Below are positions 12,201-21,998 of a stretch of 64,000 bases of DNA, piece after piece. Origin of the DNA: Scyliorhinus canicula (Eukaryota); NCBI RefSeq assembly GCF_902713615.1, contig NC_052154.1, positions 31,610,322 through 31,674,321 of the forward strand. Reading direction: 5' to 3'. A program made the position numbers and the translations under genes. Under the pieces are notes generated by a model, which worked only from the letters and a program-made list of their open reading frames with translations, had not been told where the DNA came from and made no database searches. The first letter of the stretch is position 1. Every line of letters begins with the position of its first letter.

Positions 12201-13569
12201 AATCCCGGCTCTGGGTCACTGTCTTTGTGGAATTTGCACTCTCCCTGTGTTTGCGTGGGTTTTGACCCACAACCCAAAGATGTGCAGGCTCGGTGGATTG
12301 ACTAAATTGCCCCTTAATTGGGGGGAAAAATGAATCATAGAATTTACAGTGCAGAAGGAGGCCAATCGGCCCATCGAGTCTGCACCGGCTCTTGGAAAGA
12401 GCACCCTATCCAAGCCCACACCTCCACCCCATCCCCATAACCCAGTAACCCCACCCAACACTAAGGGCAATTTTGGACACTAAGGGCAATTTAGCATGGC
12501 CAATCCACCTAACCTGCACATCTTTGGACTGTGGGAGGAAACTGGAGCACCCAGAGGAAACCCACGCACACACGGGAAGAACGTGCAGACTCCACACAGA
12601 CAGTGACCCAAGCCGGGAATTGAACCTGGGACCCTGGAGCTATGAAACAATTGTGCTAATCACTATACTACCGTGCTACCCTTGGGTAGTCTAAATCGGG
12701 TAATCTAAATTTATAATAAATAAATAAAGCTGCTAAATGCCATGGTACAGTAACTTTCTTCTTAATTTCACAGGGTTAGATGCCCGTGGATTCCTCTTTG
12801 GCCCAGTTCTGGCACAAAAATTTGGAATTGGTTTTGTGCCAGTTCGAAAGAAAGGAAAGCTGCCAGGGCCAACCTTGTCTGTCAGCTATAGTTTGGAATA
12901 CGGACAGGTAATCCCTCCTATAATAATCCTGGTTTTTTAAAAAGTGAAATATTGCAATCTTAGTGTCAATGTCGCCATTCTTCTGAGAAAGCTTATTTTC
13001 TCTCGTAGGCCGAAGTCGAGATGCAACGTGATGTTGTTCAAGCAAATCAGAAAGTTATTGTTATTGATGATTTACTTGCAACTGGAGGTACGTGATCCAG
13101 CTTTGTGTTTTCCATTTCCACAGTAATATGGGCCCAGAAATTTGCTGGAATGGGGCATCTAAGCACTAGGTTGCATTCTTTGCAAGGCTAATGGCAGCAT
13201 GATGCACATTTCCCTCCAACCACCTTGCCAAATTCTGGGCCATTATATTTACCAAGTACTGTGGAAAAACCACACTTTATTATCATAGGAATACTGTACA
13301 TGCTTGAGATTTAAAACTGCATTTCAAAGCAAGGTATGAAAGTTAGCAAAAAATTCTTGATTTTGTGCAAATTTTATAGATGTTTATTTTCAAAATGTAA
13401 TCCTGTGTTATTTGTCTTTGATACAGGTACTCTAGCAGCCGCCTGTGAATTGCTGAACAAAGTGGGAGCTGATATTCTTGAGTGTCTGATAATAATTGAA
13501 ATGACAGCGCTAAATGGCATAAAGAAACTGGGTTCTGTGTCTGTCCACTCACTTCTACAGTACAACTAA
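162..13569 (+). CDS. APRT: Adenine phosphoribosyltransferase, complete gene: join(162..259,8700..8803,12774..12907,13009..13087,13427..13569), 558 nt, 185 aa
   Basis: All introns are GT..AG and phases join into one frame. Translation [39 protein letters not shown]...[13 protein letters not shown]...RKKGKLPG...YSLEYGQ/AEVEMQ...[21 protein letters not shown]...SLLQYN matches vertebrate APRT, including the PRPP-binding motif and five-exon layout. Confidence 0.97.
381..2195. repeat. 37-bp minisatellite, about 49 tandem copies (CAGCATTGATCAGCTCCTGCAGCATGGGCACTCGGTC), APRT intron 1
   Basis: Directly visible head-to-tail repeat with no spacers; variation mostly at CACTCGGTC/CATTTGGTC/CACTCTGTC. Confidence 0.98.
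4250..4634 (+). mobile_element. Solo LTR (385 bp) with 5-bp TSD GGGAC
   Basis: Starts TG, ends CA; GGGAC at 4245..4249 and 4635..4639; two CCAAT boxes, TATAAA near 4363 and AATAAA at 4559. Confidence 0.85.
5078..5165 (+). pseudogene. Intron-containing tRNA-Tyr(GTA), probably a pseudogene
   Basis: CCTTCGGTAGCTCAGCTGGTACAGCAGAGGACTGTAG + 15-nt intron (5115..5129) + ATCCTTGGGTCACTGGTTCAGTTCTGGCTTGAAAGA is collinear with vertebrate tRNA-Tyr (73+15 nt); anticodon at 5111..5113; about 9 substitutions versus the recalled consensus, including in the B box. Confidence 0.88.
6208..6916. mobile_element. CpG-rich MITE-like element with terminal inverted repeats (TIRs)
   Basis: GGGGCTGGATTCTC ... GAGAATCCAACCCC; internal GCGCATGCGC palindromes; related copies elsewhere in the window. 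Confidence 0.75.
7358..8190. mobile_element. Older MITE-like element of the same TIR class
   Basis: GGGCGCGGTTCTC ... GAGAATTGTGCCC imperfect TIRs around a GC-rich body. Confidence 0.6.
8700..8803 (+). CDS. APRT: APRT exon 2
   Basis: Acceptor ctctctctttttttcag; [34 protein letters not shown]; donor gtaagt. Confidence 0.95.
9042..11575 (-). mobile_element. CR1-clade LINE, decayed ORF2 (endonuclease + RT) in APRT intron 2
   Basis: Minus-strand fragments [82 protein letters not shown]; (TTCTA)n-type 3' tail at 9042; frameshifts and deletions. Confidence 0.93.
12139..12681. mobile_element. Tail-to-tail pair of tRNA-derived SINEs (+ 12139..12330, - 12333..12681)
   Basis: A box TGGCGCAGTGG and B box GGTTCAATCCC followed by the shared GGGTCACTGTC..GTGGAGT core, in opposite orientations. 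Confidence 0.85.
12774..12907 (+). CDS. APRT: APRT exon 3
   Basis: Acceptor tttcacag; [45 protein letters not shown]; donor gtaatc. Confidence 0.97.
13009..13087 (+). CDS. APRT: APRT exon 4
   Basis: Acceptor ttttctctcgtag; [26 protein letters not shown]; donor gtacgt. Confidence 0.97.
13427..13569 (+). CDS. APRT: APRT exon 5 (last coding exon)
   Basis: Acceptor tttgatacag; [47 protein letters not shown] then TAA. Confidence 0.96.
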
Positions 13570-16049
13570 GCAATTGTATCTTGCTGAATTGAGATTGCCT
13601 TGCTGTATTTCACATTTCCTTCAATAATTGCTATGCAGGTTTACAATTCTTTTCTGTTTTCAATATGTGGCCATTTTATCATTTGATGAAAGCAGCAAGA
13701 ACAAAAACTGCCATGCAGTTATTTCCTGTTTCGTTTTCGTGTTTGATTAGTAGCAGAATTGTAACTATTAACTGAGAATTAAAAATTAGTTAATGGATGT
13801 TCTCACTGAAAATTAAATTACATAGCTTTTAAAAGCTTCTAATTTTATCCAGTTTAAAACCAGATTTTAAATGCACATGAAACAATTGGATACTAAAGTT
13901 CTGGGTAATTCTTCGGAATTCATTTGAGAAGACAACTAGTTTGCAGTTTTATACAGTTCACTTCACTTTCTCCAGAGGCAATGATTCTTGAGTGGCAGTT
14001 CTATGGTGCTTGTTACCCTTTGGTATCTGACCCAAGTGACTGTTGATTCACGTGGCCCACAGCAGCGCATGGGAGAAGATCATTTGGGGGGGGGGGGGGG
14101 GTCTTTCAATTACTGTCGTGGATGATTTTTAAATGCCCTCTGAAACCCTGGAGTGCTAAGGCTAGTTGTTGTACCTCGTACCTCCTGTTCTGGCTAAGAA
14201 CTGAGAGCACAGATTGGTGTGTGAGCTTGAAACTTTCTTGGTCTATGTGGTTCTGTTACTCCCTCAAACTATGCAGTTATTGGGGAAACCCCACAAGCCA
14301 TTTTAAATTCCCCAAGCCACCGGTGTCAGAAGCACCCATTTCCGATGCTATCTGTTTTGATTGAGTTAAACTGACTGCCAGAATAGAATAAGCCTATTAT
14401 TGATCCATTAGGATGGTTTCAGATATATACCTGAACCATGATTGCAGGCCTCCATTGTAGAGAGGTCTTGGTGCCCACAATATGTTGTGTGATTCAAATT
14501 TTGATAATGTGTATGTGGGCTCCTATCTTTGTCACAAGTATAGTTTGACAAAAATAAACAAATAGAAATATATCGAAAGTAATACAGATTTTCAGTAGTT
14601 TGATAATGCACACATTGCAGAAGGATAGAGACAATTGTGTAGATTTTACAAAAGGCGTGCCTGCCTTTCCTGTCACTGAGGTACGGGCCTCGGTTGAATT
14701 TGACTGATGAACTCAAGCTGCAAGCATCAGTTTGTTATCTTGAAGCATTAGCCAGTTTCAGGCCACAGCATTGTTGGCAGGCTTGGGGCATTGGCAAGTC
14801 TCAACAGCACGGTAGCATAGTGGTTAGCACAATTGCTTCACAGGTCCAGGGCCCCAGGTTCGATTCCCAGCTTGGGTCACTGTCTGTGCGGAGTCTGCAC
14901 GTTCTCCCCGTGTGTGTGTGTGGGTTTCCTCCGGATGTTCCGGTTTCCTCCCACAGTCCAAAGTGTTGGGTGGGGTTACTGGGTTATGGGGATAGGGAGG
15001 AGATGTAGGCCTGGGCAGGGTGCTCTTTCCAGGAGCCGGTGCAGACTGTATGGGCTGAATGGCCTCCTTCTGTACTGTTAATTCTATGATTCGTCTGAAA
15101 TCGGCCCACAATGTTTCTGTGAATCCAGCTGTAGCATTTCTTCCAACCCTGCAAAAATACAACAATTGGAAGAAAATGTAAATATATTTGTGGATGTAAG
15201 CTCTGTCATACTAATGCAATTTTCTGTGGTAATGAAAGTGACTGCACATAGTGGTGATTGTCCACTAAGAGAGTCACCTGGCTTGGGGGACCAAATCACC
15301 TCAGTGGGTGGAGTCCCATCTGAAGCAGAAGACATGAAGGGACTGGGGCAGCCAGGGAGCTGCAGGCCTCTGCACGGTTTAAAAAAAAATGTTGTGTTTC
15401 TCATGGAGTCTGTAAATGTGCATCGTTACATTTGGTGACGAGGTTAGGGTGGATTATGATGACACAGCCTCTGCTTCGACCCCTGTGAGCATCCTGTTTT
15501 ACGTGAAGTTTTTATATTTAAAAAAAAACTCACCTGGCTGCCTCTCTTTGGGCGAATAGACAGATGTTGACATATTGCCAGACCCCGAGGGCCGGACACG
15601 GAGCGGACCTGGAATAGCTGATTCTGTCAGAAGTTGAGAAATGTATGATTTGGGGAGGGGGCGGGGGGGGGGGAGGAGAGAGGAGAAAATAACTCTCCAG
15701 CAAGAGCTGTGACTTAAGTTTGGCAGCAAAGTTTTGTGAGAAGTCCCCAACTTGCTGAAAAGTTTTATAAACTTTTGCCAGATCTTGCAGTGAAGTTAAG
15801 AAACAAAATGGGCACAGGCTCTCCAAACGTTAGGAGAAAACAAAACAGCAGAGATCACATTACATGAATAAAAAGAGATGACGTTTTAAAAGGTCAATTA
15901 AAGTTCAAAGGATGAGCAGTTAGGTGTGTGCCAAGATTTCAAAAGCATAGGAAAAACACAAGGTGCTGACAGCTCATTGGGGAATAAAAAAAGACCTGAA
16001 GCATTTAAAGAGGTAGTGCATTTAAAATGATAATATATTTAATATGTAC

Positions 16050-16863
16050 AGCAACACAAGAAAGAACAAATGGTTCTGGAGAAGAAAATTGGAGAAGACA
16101 CAAGATCGAGGGCAACTCTGCAAAAAGTTTCATAAGGACCGAAGACCTTCAGGGAAGAGGCAACATAAGACTCCAGAAGGAGGTAAACAAGAGAATTGCA
16201 GAATGGAAACGAGTCAACACTTCATTCGAAACAGACCTGACCAACAGCGAAGAAAAAAGGGGTGAGCTGAAGTTAAGACAAGTTGAAATGGATGTTCCAC
16301 TTGTGAAATGTGTATATATACAGTAAGAACATACAGAAGAAATACAGAAATTAAAGACTTCAAATGAAACTAGGAACTATTGAACATAAGAGGAATCAGC
16401 AAAAATAATTAATGCTTGAGAGAAGATATTAAAACAATAGGATTAAATAACTGGCAACACACTGGGGGGGGGGGGGGGGGGGGGGGTGGCAAGGAAGTTG
16501 CAAACAATTACAAAATGAAATGAAGCAGAAGGAGAACTTAATGAAATAATGGAGAATAAGTTGAACTCCACGATAAAACATCTAGAAGATCAAAACTGCA
16601 AAGAATTGAATCGTAAGAATAGAAGAAGGGAAGCTTAACAACGGGGAATTAACTGAAGAGGTAGAAACATTGCAATTGACAGCAGAATCAGCAACTCAGA
16701 CAGAAAGAAACTGAGGTTGCGTGTCAGAACAAGATTACTGAAATGGTCACGCGAATGGAAAAGCACAAGAACCAACATGACAAAATGGTTGATGATATTT
16801 ATGCTGCGTTGAAATGCTGGAAAGAGAAGAAACTATCAAATGACTTGAGCACCAGAAACTGAA
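16050..16863 (+). pseudogene. SYCP1: Processed pseudogene fragment of synaptonemal complex protein 1 (coiled-coil region)
   Basis: Frame-hopping translation gives KQKENLMK-MENKLN..., ELTEEVETLQLTAE..., KETEVACQNKITEMVTRMEKHKNQHDKMVDD, matching recalled mammalian SYCP1 LEEVEK...KEIDKRCQHKIAEMVALMEKHKHQYDKIIEE. Many stops and frameshifts, no introns. Left boundary approximate. Confidence 0.8.
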
Positions 16864-17975
16864 TACCACGACCATTCCTTCGCACGTGACAGACCGACAG
16901 TGTGAATGAACTGTCAATATGTAAGACAATATTGGGATCATATGTACCTCCTTACGTTATAATGCAAGGTGCTTGACAGAGCAAGGTTCAAAGTGGGACT
17001 GGAGAGTGAGGTATGTGTCACGAAGGCGGAGAACAGTCGAGGACAGAACTCGGTAAGCAGCAAGTAGCATAGCTTGAGTGGTGCCACTCCGTGGCAATCC
17101 AGGAGTCTCTCCTACTCTTACGGCTACATCTCTCATCCCTCAGGGTGCAGTGAAGATTTATCAGAATTTACTAAATTGAAATCCCTCATCCCATGTGGAA
17201 GCTGGAGAAGTTGGGACTGTTTTTCGTAGTCGAGAGAAGGTTAAGTAGAGGGTGTAGTTGATGGTGCAAATCAGGAGAAATAATTTTTGTTGGCATGCTG
17301 TCTCGTGATCAGGGGAAATCGGTAAAATGTCTAACAGAATGTTCTTTAAAAAGCATCTCTTGACCTAGAATGGGCCATCTGAAACGGTGATGAAAGCCAA
17401 TTCACCAGTAACTTTGAAAGGGGAATTGAATGTATATACTGGAAAATAGATTTTCTGGGCTGTAGAAAATAGGACGAATTCCAAAGCTCTTTAAAAGAAT
17501 TGGCAGATGTGATGGATTGAATGGCTGCCTGCAGTGCTGTTGGCAAAAGACTGGAGAACATGAGGATGCCGATTAAAGGTGAATGGTAAAAAAATCAACA
17601 GTGATACGAGGAAAGGCATGTTGCACAGTGGAGGGCAAGGAGCTGCAATGCACTGCCTGAGAGCATGGTGGGGGAAAATTCAATTGTAACTTTTAAAGGG
17701 AATTGGATAAGCACCTGAAGACAAAACAACTGCAGTGCTACAAGGAAAAGCTGCTGGAGTCTATAACTAGCTGAACTCGTGCAACCACAGACTTACTGAC
17801 CGCCTCCTGTGCTGGAACCATTCCGTGAATACATCAAAGGAAATTCTTGAGAAACAAAAGCCCCAGTTTTAACCTAAAATCTGTCCAACGGAATGGTCAA
17901 TTAATTAATCAGGTTATCAGACTACTGGACAGGCTGGGTTATCACTAAACCTTCGAACCATCTTTTTAAGTATCC

Positions 17976-18460
17976 TGTTATGGGCCTGGGTTCAGAAAAC
18001 CACAAAGTGTATCATGGAGTTCACCTGACCCACAACTTTTACTAGATTGTGGTATGGGGAGCACACGGCCCACTCTACAGGTGTGGTACAGCAGAAATGG
18101 AAAAGTATTTTTTAAAGCAAAACAATGTTTATTCTATGAAATCAAGTTAACCTTTTTAAAACATAGTGAACATCTTAGCAACCATTAATTCCAACCCCCA
18201 AAGACCACAACACTAAGTAATCCTTTAAGCTTTCCTTTTAACATCCATAAGACGTAAAAAAAAAAAACCTTTAACAGAAGTACCTCAGGTTTAACTTCAC
18301 TACCGAGAACAGTTACCACATTGAAATCAGCAATTGGACATTTTTAAGCTTTCACACACATCCTGCTGTGATTGCAGCTTCTCCAAAACTAAAATGAAAC
18401 CAAACCCACCCTGCAGCAAAAAGCCTAAAGCGAAAGTAAAAAGCTGACATACAGCCTAGC
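17976..18460 (-). mobile_element. Probable truncated LTR
   Basis: Begins TGTTA with an abrupt composition change; AATAAA on the minus strand near 18130; second terminus and TSD not found. Confidence 0.45.
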
Positions 18461-19024
18461 TGAAATTAGTGAGTGCCTGGCACATCATTTTCTGTAAACA
18501 TGGAATAATGCTGAGTCTGCAGAGAAAGTAGACAACCTTGCCAGAGAAAACAATCTGAAGCTTAGAAGGAAGAAGTACCAAAACAAAAGCCTGAACTTCA
18601 GAGAGACATTGACTGTACATAGGGAAAATTCTGAATATTCAATTCACCTGACAGCATGTCTTTCGGGACTTGTGGGAGGAAACCGGAGCAAACCCACAGA
18701 CACACGGAGAACGTACGGGTTCCACAGTGACCCAAGGCGGGAATCGAACCTGGGACCCAGGAGCTGTGAAGCAACAGTGCTAACCACTGTGCTACCGTAC
18801 TGCTCCTGGCCTGTGTTTCTAGCAGACACAACCAATACATCCCATATCTCTGCTTGCATAGCTTTAACTGGCATCTCTACTTTAAAATCACTTGCCAATT
18901 TAATTAGCTTGTCGTTTCAAAGCCCTTGTAAATAAATTGATGGCAAGACCTCCACCTGAAGAAAAGCTTTAGCATCTTCCACAGCCCATCCAGTTATGGT
19001 ATTACAAACCTGGCGCCTCTTTAA

Positions 19025-19912
19025 TGTATACCATACCCCAAATCACTGACTACCATTCCCAAGATACTAGACGAGCCCCCAAACTGTCACAACACCCTGG
19101 CCTAGCACGCATCAAATCTAGCCCGAGCTGGAGGTGCATCACAAGTGAAATTAGATTTTATTTTAAGAGGTCCTTGCTTCAGCCCAATAAACTAATTAGC
19201 TCAGTCTTGAACTTCAAAACACAAGTAACCTTTTAGTAAGTGCAGTATTATAATTAAACAGACAGAAAATGTAACTATTACCCCCTTTCCCCAAGTCCTT
19301 TCCTAACTCACCCCAGTCTACACCTACACCCAGGAAAGGGTGGTGGAAAGAGAAAGAAAATAATAAAAATGACAGGATAAGGATCTTTGATGAATCAGGA
19401 TGACTTCAGTTAGCCAATGTCTTTCCGAAGTTCAGGCTTTCATTCTTCTCTGGCAAGGTTGTCTACTTTCTCTGCAGACTCAGGATTATTTCAGGTTTAC
19501 AGCAATGAATGTGGAAGGCACTCCCTGCTATTCCGAACAATAGAGCAATTCTTTCACTTCAGTAAAGAGAGAATTCCTTTCATTTTCCAAGGTCTAAACA
19601 CTTCTGCCCAGCTCTCTCAGAAAGCATCACGCAGGAACCAATTATTGACTGTCAGGCAGAATATTGTGCCATGGGCAACCCACTGGTTGCCTGCTAACCA
19701 ATCGAACAGACTCCCTCCGAAGCTGGTTCCCAAGGTGCCGAAAAGTCTGGCGGCTTCTCTCCAAAATACAAAACCTAGTAACTCGGGTGTCCTGGCAAGC
19801 AGGCCGTTTCAACTTTGAACCTTCTGCTTAAAAGCATTATGGGTCCACAGACCAAAATAATTAAGAATAAAAGAAACGGGAAGAAAGGAACTAAACAGGA
19901 AGGGCTTTTACA
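19025..19912. mobile_element. Possible old solo LTR
   Basis: TGTA...TTTACA termini; part of it recurs inverted at 18470..18610; no clean TSD. Confidence 0.4.
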
Positions 19913-21350
19913 TAGTGCAGTTCACTTTACTTTGATGCGTAATTATTGTTTAACAAACCGCAGCAATCTGTCCTGCAAACTGGTACATCATTCAGGAACT
20001 CATGGAGGTGCTCAAATCCAATTCCTGGATCATCTGAACGAAGTCAGTAGCCACAGGACATACATGGTCAGGAGAGGGATAGTGCAACAAGATAAATATC
20101 AGACAATCTCAGCACGTCTGACAGCATCTGTGGAGAGATAAGGGAGCCAACATCGAGTCTGGGCGACTCTCGTCAAAGCTACTTTTTTTTTTTACATCCA
20201 CCTGGACAATTTGACAGTTCCACTGCCACACTCCTTCAGTAAGGCACTGGAATATCAGCCTAGATAATGCTTTCATCTTTTAAGTAGCACTTAAACCCGT
20301 TGCTTTGTGACTCAGGTGACAGCAAGACAACCTGAATGGAAACGATGTCAACTGCAAGACAATTTTTTTTTTTTTTTTTGCATGTTCAGACAAAATGTTA
20401 GGTTTAACAAATAAAACTTGAGCAATGCCAAAAATATTTTGTTCACGTTCCATTAATTTCCCCCTCCTGTCCTCCCGTAGGACTGACAACTTTCTAGCAT
20501 TCTATCATCCCTGGCAGCTTGCTGCCTCATTGGAATGGCAGCAATTCAAATGTGAGATTTTCCAGCAAACTCCACAGCCCATTAGACATCACAGCAAAGC
20601 ATTTAATTGATAGACACGCAACTGAGAGCAGGAGCATTGTTTTGTGTCCCTAACCCAGTAGTGCCTTATAATCCCTACAGTAGAGGTCATCATTTGGCCC
20701 AGCGAGTCTGCACAAACCCTTTGAAAGAACACTCCATCAAGCCCACATAACAACCCCCCCCCAATCCCAATAAACCCCTCAAACTTAGCCTACACATATT
20801 TGAGCACTTATGGACAATTGATCATGACCAATCCATCTAAACTGCACATATTTGGACTGTGGGTGGAAACCCACACAGACACAGGAAGAATGTGCAAACT
20901 CCATCCATACAGTTACCAAGGCCAGAATTGAACCCGGGTCCCTGGCACCGCAAGGCATCAGTGCTAACCACGTGTGCTGCCAATATGAACAAAGCTGTGC
21001 TCAGATACTCACAGCCTGACCTGTTTAACAAAGACTTATGAAAGACACACTGGATAATGGATTTGTAAGATCTGTTGAAAAGAGCCTCAAGAAAATTTGT
21101 AGAAGCGATGCGGTGTTGTAGAATAAAATCAGTGCAGTCTATAAACAACATATTAAAATAGAGAATAAACTTTACAGAGGGTGGTGAAAACAAAAGCTGC
21201 TTGCACAGCAAGCTGTCTTGTTTGCAAGAACATATATTTTAAATTTTAAACCTATTTACAACCAAATAATCCCAAATCAGCGATGCACAAAATAAAAGTC
21301 AGCAAGCAAAGAAGTTACTTCAAGCAAAATGGTGCAACATTTAATCAAAA

Positions 21351-21356
21351 TTTATT
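21351..21356 (-). terminator. Candidate CDT1 polyadenylation signal AATAAA
   Basis: AATAAA about 480 nt after the stop, with an adjacent ATTAAA and T/GT-rich sequence downstream on the minus strand. Another AATAAA lies at 21819..21824. Confidence 0.5.
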
Positions 21357-21834
21357 AATTTAAAAGCCTCCCTCCACACACAAACCCAACACTTGATTTT
21401 CAGTTTAACATTAATCAACAGCATACTGCAGATCCTCATTGCACACAAACAGTTCATAATCCAACTTTATAACCCTGCTACCTATTTTGGGAACAAAGCA
21501 GAAAGAAACTCCTGCTCCAGGAACACAATTCAACAGCATTACTCAAAAGCAAGTCTTATTCTTTGAATCTTCAGTACAGCACTCAATTAGTTTCCCTCCC
21601 TTATTTTTAAAACTAGCATCTGACAATTCCAATACAGTATCAAGATTGGAATCTTCAGTGGAGAAACCCAAGGATTGGACTCAAGTTTCTTCCAAATACA
21701 ACGCATCATTGCCAAGCAAACTGTCCAGACAATTCGCACTGGGAAACAAAACACATTTCTCCTACATACTTCACATTTTTATATTTGACTTTCCAAAGCT
21801 CAGTACAGAACCTAGTCCTTTATTTAAAAAAAAA

Positions 21835-21998
21835 TTACACTTTTTCCTCCTCTTTTATTTTTTCCGCAATTTTCTCAGCAACCACATTCAGCTCAGTGCT
21901 CCTATTCAGCTTCAGGTACACGTCTTTTCTGATTTGATGGACAGTCAGCCAGTCTGGAACGATGTCAGCTAGTAACCGTAAATGTTTCTCCATTTCGT
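21835..21998 (-). CDS. CDT1: CDT1 exon 10 (last coding exon)
   Basis: [54 protein letters not shown] then TAA. Confidence 0.96.

Noticed and set aside
14085-14101. Long G/C homopolymers (also about 6459, 16464, 31956, 50940, 58660, 58729, 60636) as functional G-quadruplexes
   Set aside because: They are scattered without relation to gene features, mostly in repeats, and homopolymer lengths are error-prone.
21487-21972. 161-aa plus-strand ORF overlapping the last CDT1 exon
   Set aside because: Non-ATG start, antisense to the CDT1 CDS and 3' UTR, and no recognisable motif.
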